In this document: one piece after another, positions 1 to 7,492 of the stretch
How the letters are laid out: each line of letters opens with the position of its first letter
How positions within the stretch are numbered: position 1 is the first letter of the stretch
Notes under the pieces: generated by a model
What the model was told of the DNA's origin: nothing
Database searches by the model: none
The model's input: only the letters and a program-made list of their open reading frames with translations
Assembly: GCF_006345805.1 (NCBI RefSeq)
Contig: NW_021827704.1
Location: forward strand, 1-10,147
Direction of reading: 5' to 3'
Length of the DNA stretch: 10,147 nucleotides
DNA from: Octopus sinensis
Taxonomy: Eukaryota
Program-made: the position numbers and the translations under genes

Positions 1-10
1 ATCCACTCAC

Positions 11-60
<50 letters not shown>
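11..60 (+). repeat. (AAT)n microsatellite
   Basis: Perfect AAT run abutting the retroelement fragment at 61. Confidence 0.98.
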
Positions 61-62
<2 letters not shown>

Positions 63-420
63 CTATATAGTTGATGTTGCATGCCTCTTTGACCTACGGA
101 TAGTCAAGAAGGAAGGCGAAAAGATAGACACAACCCTCTTAAGTCCGAAATAGCCTGGACATGAAGAATGAAGATGGTGAAAGTAATGCCAATTGTTGTT
201 GGGTCCTTGGGATCAGAAGGGATCGAGGGGAATATCAAAGAAATTGGAATAGAGTGCCCAGTAGAACTGTTACAAAAGGTTTGCCTCCTTGGCACGGCCA
301 GAATAATCATGAAAGTGTTAGCTGAAAAGAACGGATAGCATGGTACCGTAGGCTGCAGGTAGCAAACCCGCTACGCATGCAAGATTCCAGGAGCTCCAAC
401 AAAATCTGTGATAAAGAGAA
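61..420 (+). mobile_element. 5'-truncated, decayed R4/Dong-type non-LTR retrotransposon 3' end (family A)
   Basis: Reads CYIVDVACLFDLRIVKKEGEK, then a frameshift near 131, then NPLKSEIAWT*RMKMVKVMPIVVGSLG...LLQKVCLLGTARIIMKVLAEKNG* (stop 336-338). This is the typical RLE-domain tail (D-x-A-x-P/L...KE-x-EK...P-I-V-V-G-x-L-G...LQK...LLGTA). About 80 nt of 3' UTR follows, then (AAT)n at 421-437. Confidence 0.85.
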
Positions 421-437
421 ATAATAATAATAATAAT

Positions 438-647
438 ATTCAGACAAATACATAACAATATCACCAGGACTAACAAATATATATAACATACTGAGAATAG
501 TTCTACTAGGCACTGCACACATCCCACCTAAAACACTTTCAATACAGTGAAAATAAGAGCATCTCAAGAAACCACAGCACATACCCAAGGCACATAGATC
601 TGCGCTCGATTGTGCAGTGAAAGCACGTGATAAAAATAAGACTATTG
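438..647 (+). mobile_element. 5'-truncated R4/Dong-type 3' end (family B)
   Basis: 440-550 translates to SDKYITISPGLTNIYNILRIVLLGTAHIPPKTLSIQ*, carrying the LLGTA C-terminal motif. A different 3' UTR follows, ending in (AAT)n at about 648-680. Confidence 0.75.
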
Positions 648-680
648 AATAATAATAATAATAACAACAATAATAATAAT

Positions 681-798
681 CCTTTCCGAGGCACAAGGCA
701 TCAAATTTGTGGGGAGGGGACTAGTTGATTACATCGGCTCCTGGTACTTAATTTATCGACCCCGAAAGGATGAAAGGCAAAGTCGACCACTGCAGAAT
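681..798 (-). mobile_element. 5'-truncated SINE (family S2; core GGTCGACTTTGCCTTTCATCCTTTCGGGGTCGATAAATTAAGTACC) with (ATT)n tail on its own strand
   Basis: The same core occurs at 4424-4481 (+; 49/58 identical) and inside the full-length copy at 8883-9091. Confidence 0.85.
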
Positions 799-810
799 AA
801 CACAACAACA

Positions 811-842
<32 letters not shown>

Positions 843-985
843 GACGACGACGATGATAATGATGATGATGGTGACGATGATGATGATGATGAAGAAGATG
901 ATGATGGTGGTAGTGATGATGATGATGATGGTGGTGGTAGTGATGATGATGATGGTTATGAGGATGATGATGATGATAATGAAGA
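799..985 (+). repeat. Imperfect (GAT)n microsatellite with GGT/GAC/GAA variants, (TCA)n on the TRPC sense strand
   Basis: Directly visible; its nearer edge is about 20 nt from the donor at 1006. Confidence 0.95.
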
Positions 986-1006
986 AAAGCTGAAACTACT
1001 ACTTAC

Positions 1007-1163
1007 CTGTCAGCCTCCTGGACTCTAAAATCTGTAATAAATCTTAGCAAGTAAGAAGCCAGGTACATGGATAGTACACCAAAGTCCATAAAATTGTAGT
1101 AGTCTGTAAGATAAGATCTAGCTCCAGTATTGTAGATTTGTTTGCATTCCATCCATAGCAGGC
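1007..1163 (-). CDS. TRPC: Next internal coding exon (157 nt, phase 1 to phase 2) of the same TRPC channel: (G)LLWMECKQIYNTGARSYLTDYYNFMDFGVLSMYLASYLLRFITDFRVQEAD(R)
   Basis: The acceptor is ttcctattgcag|GC (AG at 1165-1164); the donor is GACAG|gtaagt (GT at 1006-1005). G+GC completes Gly in frame with the upstream exon, giving WILGLLWMECKQ...Y...NFMDFG. This matches TRPC S2-S3 (W-x-E-C-K and N-x-x-D-F-G as in TRPC3/6/7). Confidence 0.93.
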
Positions 1164-1296
1164 CTGCAATAGGAAGGACACACATACAGGCATGCGAAAC
1201 ATTTTGCTAATGTCAGGTTATGAAGGTCGCTTTGTAGCCACCTGGTTTCGGGTTTAGTACCATTCGCGAATTTTCTGAGGAAACCTGCCGTACATA

Positions 1297-1297
1297 T

Positions 1298-1333
<36 letters not shown>

Positions 1334-1345
1334 CACACACACACA
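1297..1345 (+). repeat. (CA)n microsatellite, (UG)n in the TRPC pre-mRNA
   Basis: Directly visible. Confidence 0.95.
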
Positions 1346-1355
1346 TATATATATA

Positions 1356-1525
1356 GGCGCAGGAGTGGGTATGTGGTAAGATTCTTGCTTACCAACCACA
1401 TGGTTCCGGGCTCAGTCCTACTGCGTGGCACCTTGGGCAAGTGTCTTCTACTACAACTTCGGACTGAGCAAAGCCTTGTGAGTGGATTTGGTAGATGGAA
1501 ACTGAAAGAAGCCCGTCGTATATAT

Positions 1526-1587
<62 letters not shown>

Positions 1588-1778
1588 GACGGGGTATATG
1601 TGTATGTGCTTCTGTGTTATACGTCCTCATAGAATAGTGGTTCACAAAAGAGAACCGATAAAATAAGTACCAGATTTTGTAAAGAATAGCATTAGAGGCG
1701 GTTTGATTGGTTAATCTCTGCAAGGCGGTGCCCCAGCATGGCCGCAGTCTAATAACTGAAACTAGTAAAAAATGAAGG
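1356..1778 (+). mobile_element. tRNA-derived SINE (family S1) with CORE-like segment, internal (TA)n(TG)n tract and A-rich tail
   Basis: The head GGCGCAGGAGTGGGTATGTGGTAAG...GGTTCCGGGCTCAGTCC has degenerate A/B boxes. It is followed by GGCACCTTGGGCAAGTGTCTT (resembles CORE-SINE GACCTTGGGCAAGTCACTT), a microsatellite at about 1519-1587 and the tail GGCGGTGCCCCAGCATGGCCGCAGTC...ACTGAAACTAGTAAAA. A second, inverted copy of the head lies at 1915-2065. Confidence 0.8.
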
Positions 1779-1858
1779 ACCAAAGATAAAATGATACATG
1801 TGTGCGTGCTTGTGTATGTGTGTGCGTGTTTGTGTGTATGAACCTTTATGTGTGTGTG

Positions 1859-1891
<33 letters not shown>

Positions 1892-1914
1892 AGGGCGTGT
1901 ATATATATGGATCT

Positions 1915-2065
1915 GACGATTTTCAACACAAGTTCCGTCTATCCAATTTTTGTCTCGGCCCGGAGCTATGGTAGAAAAGAAACTTGGCTAATAAGATGTC
2001 ACCTTGTCAGATCAACCTCGAAACAAGATGGCTGCGAAGTGGATGTCACAACACAGCCTTACCTC
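1915..2065 (-). mobile_element. Older, diverged inverted copy of the S1 SINE head/core
   Basis: The blocks GACG..., AGTTCCGTCTATCCAATT, CGGCCCGGAGCTATGGTAGAA..ACTTGGC and CAACACAGCC are collinear with the reverse complement of 1356-1520. Confidence 0.6.
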
Positions 2066-2557
2066 CCTCCCTCCCTCCCCTGCACCGCGTTCTATCACAT
2101 ACGCATACTTCCATTTATCGATATATTGAGCATAATGAAGACAGGTTTGTGCGAAAAGGCGAGACACGCTAAACACATATAGATTAAATAAATCATTGCA
2201 CTTTCTGTCGCGTGGGCGATTCTGATTGGTTGATCAGTTTAACATTAAACAGAAATTAACAGAGGGAGAAAAATATTCGATGAAACAATAAGATTTACAA
2301 CGCATTGAAAATTAAATATTTATTGAAAAAAATTTATGAGATCAATAAAAGAAGAAAAAAATTAAGTCGTAAATATTTAAACATACGAACAGAAGATTCA
2401 AAATAAAATGATATCAGACAAGCGATTACATTAATTTATATTCAGACTATAACCGTCAGTTTTAGAGACGAAAAAATGCTATAATATTTTTGTCTACACT
2501 ACGTTTAATCTGTCTGAAATATCGTGCTAGCGACTCGATAAGTAAATATGTACATAG

Positions 2558-2630
2558 CGTAGGGCAGGATTCGAACTAGGAATTTTATTTCACACCTCAG
2601 AGAAGTAATGCTCTTTACCAGTCATAGTTA
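2558..2630 (-). mobile_element. Possible degenerate tRNA-derived SINE head
   Basis: The minus strand has TGACTGGTAAAGAGC (A-box-like) and AGTTCGAATCCTG (good B box) at tRNA-like spacing; no convincing cloverleaf. Confidence 0.3.
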
Positions 2631-2664
2631 AAATTATTTAGATTACAATGCCACTGTGAGGGAA

Positions 2665-2770
2665 AGACCTTGGCTCCATTTGTTCGACAAAAACACTACA
2701 AAGTGTGGTGGGGGTGTGCTCAGTATAGACTCAGTGTAATGAGTGAAAGAAGTAAAAGAATAAACAAAAT
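2665..2770 (+). mobile_element. Degenerate S1-type SINE 3' tail
   Basis: ATTTGTTCGAC...GGTGTGCTCAGTATAGACTCAGTGTAATGAGTGAAAGAAGTAAAAGAA resembles the tail at about 1700-1778. Confidence 0.4.
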
Positions 2771-2799
2771 AAAAAGAAAAAAAAGCAATATTTACTGAC

Positions 2800-3061
2800 C
2801 TAGTATCCAAAATACAATACATATTTGTACATGAGTTAGTAGTGTGTTTGCAGGTCGAAGAGTCTCTTTTAAGAGGCTATGGGCTCGTTCGTGATGGGGC
2901 AAGTGAGTATGTTGAGTGGAGGTTAATTCCTCTGTAGAGCTGATGTGTACGGAATTTTCTGTGAGACGAAATGTAGCTGCTGCCAGTAATATCAAAAAGC
3001 ATATATGAGATGCTGTGTGTGTGACAAATTTGATCACCGGGCATCGCATCACCGCACTCGC
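2800..3061 (-). CDS. TRPC: Internal coding exon (262 nt, phase 0 to phase 1) of a TRPC-family channel: ASAVMRCPVIKFVTHTASHICFLILLAAATFRLTENSVHISSTEELTSTQHTHLPHHERAHSLLKETLRPANTLLTHVQICIVFWILG
   Basis: The acceptor has a long CT tract ending ttctcag|GCG (AG at 3063-3062); the donor is CTAG|gtcagt (GT at 2799-2798). The peptide RCPVIKFVTHTASHICFLILL matches the TRPC S1 signature R-x-P-F/V-x-K-F-x-x-H-x-A-S. It ends in WILG, the start of TRPC S2. The symbol is family-level only and the paralogue is not resolved. Confidence 0.93.
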
Positions 3062-3339
3062 CTGAGAAGATACGAAATAGAAGAGGAGACAAGAAAGAAA
3101 GAGAGAAGAGGGAAAGAGAAAGAGAAAGAGAAGGTGTTAGATGATATTATTAATATGTATAAATTTAAAGGTCTCTTTTTTGCAAAATAAATTAGTTGCA
3201 CCTGAAGAGAAGGTGTATGGTAAAATTATGTAACAATTTTTATTTTACATAACACAGATCCCATGCACTCAAAAAATTTTGAAACATATGTAATACATAA
3301 CTGTTACTCCCACTCCTTTCATTTTCGTGCGAGCGCAGA

Positions 3340-3370
3340 TACACACACACAACACACACACACACACACA

Positions 3371-3402
<32 letters not shown>
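3340..3402 (+). repeat. (CA)n microsatellite, (UG)n in the TRPC pre-mRNA
   Basis: Directly visible. Confidence 0.95.
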
Positions 3403-3403
<1 letters not shown>

Positions 3404-3450
3404 GTATATAAGAACATGAAATAATTCTTTTATATTTTTTTTAGAATGTC

Positions 3451-3610
3451 GGATCTCGAAACAAATAAGCTATACATAAAACCTCGCAAATATTTTATTA
3501 CAAATCTCTCCCGATTTTCCCATGAGTAGTTTTCGACTTTTCTACCCAGAAGGATTTTTTAAACCCAATATTCACGCGCTATTATTTATAGTTTATCTGC
3601 TTCGAGATCC
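3451..3610. repeat. Imperfect inverted repeat with 44-bp arms (3451-3494 and 3567-3610) and a 72-nt spacer; MITE-like or RNA hairpin
   Basis: Left arm GGATCTCGAAACAAATAAGCTATA versus reverse complement of the right arm GGATCTCGAAGCAGATAAACTATA gives 21/24; 35/44 over the full arms. No clear TSD. Confidence 0.75.
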
Positions 3611-3808
3611 AAGTTCCCTTCAAAAGAACTATACACACTCGCACACGCACGCACGCACACACATACACACACACATTAAGAGTTTGTAGACGAAGAGCTT
3701 TCAATGTCAAAATGATATATCACCAGAACTGAAAAATAAATTAAACAGGATAAAACATTGATAATTAGAAGGCAAAGTGCACGAATGAGTCAACAACATT
3801 AACATAAT

Positions 3809-3810
<2 letters not shown>

Positions 3811-3892
<82 letters not shown>

Positions 3893-3920
3893 AATAATAA
3901 CAACAATAACAACAATAATA
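3811..3920 (+). repeat. (AAT)n microsatellite with GAT/AAC variants
   Basis: Directly visible; abuts the RLE fragment at 3921. Confidence 0.97.
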
Positions 3921-4085
3921 ATATACGACCACAAATCCGAAGGCATCAACGAAAATGATAATGCAAAGATCCTGTGGGATTTTATGATTCAGTGCGACCA
4001 TGAGATAGAGAATAGGAAGCCAGATATAGTTTTAATTGAGAAAGAAAATAAACTATGCTGGATCATAGATATAGCATGCCCAGCT
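3921..4085 (+). mobile_element. R4/Dong-type restriction-like endonuclease fragment (family F), truncated at both ends
   Basis: Reads IYDHKSEGINENDNAKILWDFMIQCDHEIENRKPDIVLIEKENKLCWIIDIACPA, which includes EN...KILWDFxIQxD and the catalytic PD...D motif of R4-clade RLEs. The expected KE-x-EK..KY continuation is absent. Confidence 0.85.
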
Positions 4086-4419
4086 TCTAGCGCTGAAGAT
4101 GTACCAAGGAAGTTGAGGGTGGAGAAGGAAGTGTTGCCTTGTAGCAAGTTTGTTGAGCGGTGGGTGAATGTTGGAAGAATGGCCAGTGTGAAAGGACCAA
4201 TTCTGAGCGTGCACCTGTGAGAAGTAAAAGGAGGGCTCTTGCCCCGTTGATCAGACACACGTAGCTTCTCTGGATTTTTCCACGAGGACCTTAAAGCGCC
4301 TCCCCTACTGGGTGTTTTAATTTGTTTAATTTTTAATTGCTATGATTTGTTCACACGTGGAAAACCCATTGCATCGTTCCGTTTTTAACATTTATGTTGT
4401 TCCATGTCATTTAATGTTA
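4086..4419 (+). mobile_element. Probable 3' end of a different non-LTR element (Tx1/L1-like), fused in frame to the RLE fragment
   Basis: RKLRVEKEVLPCSKFVERWVNVGRMASVKGPILSVHL* (stop 4218-4220) resembles, from memory, the C-terminal R-V-E-x-E...F-x-x-R-W motif of Tx1-like ORF2 proteins. A T-rich UTR-like segment follows. Not verified by search. Confidence 0.4.
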
Positions 4420-4575
4420 TCAAATTCCGCCGAGGTCGACTTTGCCTTTTATCCTTTCGAGGTTGATTAAATAAGTACTAGTTAATCACTGGGGTCGATG
4501 TAATCGACTTAATCCCCTTGTCTGCCCTTCTTTGTCCCCTCTATGTTTAGCCCCCTGTGGGCAATAAAGAAATAA
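4420..4575 (+). mobile_element. 5'-truncated S2 SINE with (ATT)n tail at 4576-4590
   Basis: TCAAATTCCGCCGAGGTCGACTTTGCCTTTTATCCTTTCGAGGTTGATT...; the core is shared with 741-798 and 8883-9091, but the distal tail sequence differs (another subfamily). Confidence 0.85.
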
Positions 4576-4590
4576 ATTATTATTATTATT

Positions 4591-4890
4591 TGATAAAACG
4601 CCACAGCTTATTTTGCTGGGTATGATGGAAAGTTTCTGCTTTCCAGAGCCAGCAGACTAAGGTGACACTTGTTTACTGGTCATGCTTCAAGAATCATGCG
4701 AAGAATTCTTGCAGTTCCAAGCAATGCTGATTTTTGTAGGTGTTCTGCCTTCACACTTGCACCAATCTTTTCCAGCCATGCTAGTAGTTGAGTGCTGATA
4801 CTTCCAAGTGCACCAATAACTATTGGTATCACGTCTTCTCTCTTCATTGACCACAACCTTCGTATTTCCCACTTCAAATTGTCATAATTG
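4591..4890 (-). mobile_element. 5'-truncated R4/Dong-type 3' end (family D)
   Basis: The minus strand reads NYDNLKWEIRRLWSMKREDVIPIVIGALGSISTQLLAWLEKIGASVKAEHLQKSALLGTARILRMILEA* (stop 4682-4680). About 90 nt of UTR follows, with (AAT)n on both sides on its own strand. Confidence 0.88.
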
Positions 4891-4914
4891 TTTTACTATT
4901 ATTATTATTGTTAT

Positions 4915-5117
4915 TTTATGTTTGACTTTTGCTTTGCATTTGTACAAGTTGGCTGCAAGTCTCACCCAGAGACCTCAAGAGACAACAAGTTAGAAGTTCA
5001 TGTTGGTGTTACGCTTAGGGTGCCATATATTTGGTTTTGTGCATAGTGTTGTTCTAGAGAATGTTTAAGAAACCATAAAAAAATTGTTTGTTTTAAAATT
5101 TGAGATTACATTGACAG

Positions 5118-5120
<3 letters not shown>
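4915..5120 (-). mobile_element. Retroelement 3' UTR fragment (family C, copy 1), probably R4/Dong
   Basis: The reverse complement matches 7964-8131 over about 160 nt (CCAAATATATGGCAC...CATGAACTT...TGTTGTCTCTTGAGGTCTCTGGGTGAGACTTG...GTCAAACATA). It has AAT repeats on both sides on its own strand. The clade is inferred from context only. Confidence 0.65.
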
Positions 5121-5153
<33 letters not shown>

Positions 5154-5222
5154 GTCGTCATCATCATCATCATCATCATCATCATCGTCATCATCATCAT
5201 CATCATCATCATCAATATCATC
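5121..5222 (+). repeat. Compound (TTA)n(TCA)n microsatellite
   Basis: Directly visible. Confidence 0.96.
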
Positions 5223-5407
5223 TTGTATTAGAAATTTCCACATATATCCCCTTATCTCAAATACCCTTATCTTAACATGCCCTCACCTCACGCCAATACG
5301 TATAGAAGCCGAGTCACGAAATATATATACATAAGAGGTATGCAAGTCACAGAATAGAACTGAGAAAGGATCTGATGGCTGTTAACAAATACAATGTGAG
5401 TGTATCT

Positions 5408-5454
<47 letters not shown>

Positions 5455-5684
5455 CAGATGTGAAGAAAGCGAGAGAATATGAGAAAGAGTGAGAGGGAGA
5501 GAGAGAGACAGATGAAGAGATAAACGATAAGGTATGACATATACACATACATTATACATGCAAATGTATATATATATACATATATACATAAATATATATA
5601 TATATGTATAATATATATATATGGCGTGGTGTTAGTGAATGGAAGGGCGTAGTGTTAGTGGGAGGAGTAACAAGGAAAGGAGGG

Positions 5685-5846
5685 GAGGAAAACGTGCAGT
5701 ATGTGATGTGAGAGGGGTTTCTGATAGCTTCGTGGAGCTTTAAACGTTTTCGTTCAAAAACACTCACAACGCCCTGTCTGGGAATCGAAACCGCGATCTT
5801 ACGACCGCGAGTCCGCTGCCTTAACCACTAGGCCAGTGCGCCTCCA
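5685..5846 (-). mobile_element. tRNA-derived SINE (family S3), head at 5846
   Basis: The minus strand GGAGGCGCACTGGCCTAGTGGTTAAGGCAGCGG...GGTTTCGATTCCCAGAC contains A box TGGCCTAGTGG and B box GGTTTCGATTCC, then non-tRNA body. The 3' boundary is approximate. Confidence 0.72.
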
Positions 5847-6210
<364 letters not shown>

Positions 6211-6507
6211 TCGAAGAGAGAGAGAGAGAGAGATAAAGTGAGAAGGAAATAATAGAGGATTATATGCATGAGGTTGGGTTGTTATTTAACCCTAGGCCAA
6301 CTCTGATCCAGCAGACCTCTTTAATGAACGTTGCTCTCGCTGCATCCCTCTGCATCATTCAACGCATCCTCTCTTTCTGAAGACAGTAAGATACGATCTA
6401 AGGGATATTTGGCCATGGTCGAAGGATCGCATTAAATCGCGCTCTGGAATTTGCGTGAGTTCAGGACAGGGAGGTGGGGGGGGGGGCTGTTGTTCTTAGT
6501 GTTTCGA

Positions 6508-7170
6508 GGTGGTGATGGTGGTGGTGGTGACGTTGGTGGTGGTATTGGTGGTGAAGGCGGTTTTAGGAATGATGTTGGTGATGAAGGTGGTGGTGTGTTT
6601 GGTGAAGTTAGTGGTGGTGGTGGTGGTTGTGGTAATGATATCTATGGGGTTGGAGTTGGTGGTGATGGTAGTGGTTGAGTTTGTGGTAGTGATGGTGATG
6701 CTAGTGGTGTTTAGGGTTGTTGGTGATGGTGATATTGATGATGATGATGATGATGGTGCTGTCGTCGGTGATCTCGATGGTGGCACTGATGGTCATAACG
6801 CTGGTAGCGATGCTGGTGATGACAGGAAGTGATGGTGGTGGCGACGGTGGTGGTGGTAGTGGCGGTGGTGATGGTTGTCGAAGTGATGGGGATGGTGGCG
6901 GCGGTGGAGGTGGTGCTGGTGGTGGTAGTGATGGTGGGGTTGGTGGTGATTGCGGTGGTAATGATGAAAATGGTGGTGCTAGTGATGGCAGTGATGATAG
7001 TGGTGGTGGAAGTGATGGTGGTGATAGTGGTCGTAGTAATGGCAGTAGTGCTGGTGATGTTGGCGGTGATGGTGGTGGTAGCGGTGGTAGTAGTGTGGTA
7101 ATGAGGACGGTGATAGTGGTGAGAGTGACGGTGGTAGTGCGGATGAAGGTGACAATAAGAATGGTGTTGG
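6508..7170 (+). repeat. Degenerate (GGT/GAT/GGC/AGT)n cryptic trinucleotide block
   Basis: G-rich 3-periodic low-complexity sequence whose register shifts between frames. Confidence 0.9.
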
Positions 7171-7176
7171 CAAATG

Positions 7177-7247
7177 ATATATATATATATATAGTATTAT
7201 ATAATATATATATATATATATATGTACGTATGTATTTATATATATAC

Positions 7248-7278
<31 letters not shown>

Positions 7279-7395
7279 CTATATATATATATATATATAA
7301 CACACAATATATATATATATATATAATATATATACATATATACATATATATACATATATATATATATATATAATATCATATATATTATATACTAC

Positions 7396-7426
<31 letters not shown>

Positions 7427-7492
7427 TATACATATATATACATATATAATAATATATATATCTATATATTATATATATATATATATTATATA
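7177..7492. repeat. Long imperfect (TA)n tract (about 315 bp)
   Basis: Directly visible. Confidence 0.98.

Larger units (their letters stand above)
1164..2799 (-). other. GT-AG intron (1636 nt, phase 1) between the two TRPC exons
   Basis: Canonical gtcagt donor and ttgcag acceptor; the phases are compatible and the joined peptide is continuous TRPC S2. Confidence 0.9.

Noticed and set aside
709-993. 94-aa poly-Met ORF and other homopolymeric ORFs (poly-I, Y, T, L, H, S, alternating YI)
   Set aside because: Microsatellite read-through artefacts.
1186-1296. Editing-complementary sequence for the adjacent exon
   Set aside because: Only 7-9-nt matches to the exon were found, which is expected by chance.
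2190-2260. CCAAT-box/CpG patch (CTGATTGG) as an internal promoter or element terminus
   Set aside because: A single short motif with only a 7-bp inverted repeat and no other support.
3707-3810. Minus-strand ORF tail (LTHSCTLPSNYQCFILFNLFFSSGDISF) as an upstream TRPC exon
   Set aside because: No TRPC similarity, no good splice sites, and the ORF begins in the AAT repeat.
5770-5846. Possible tRNA gene on the minus strand
   Set aside because: A and B boxes are present, but acceptor and anticodon stems do not form properly and it continues into a SINE-like body, so it is called a SINE head.
6268-6470. Possible further interspersed repeat fragment
   Set aside because: Looks familiar from memory, but it has no second copy or diagnostic motif in the window, so it cannot be supported.
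6451-7373. Long Gly-rich, Pro-rich and Val/Met-rich ORFs (up to 218 aa) on both strands
   Set aside because: They are translations of a degenerate GGT/GAT repeat plus (TA)n. The repeat register shifts between frames and there is no domain or convincing splice context.
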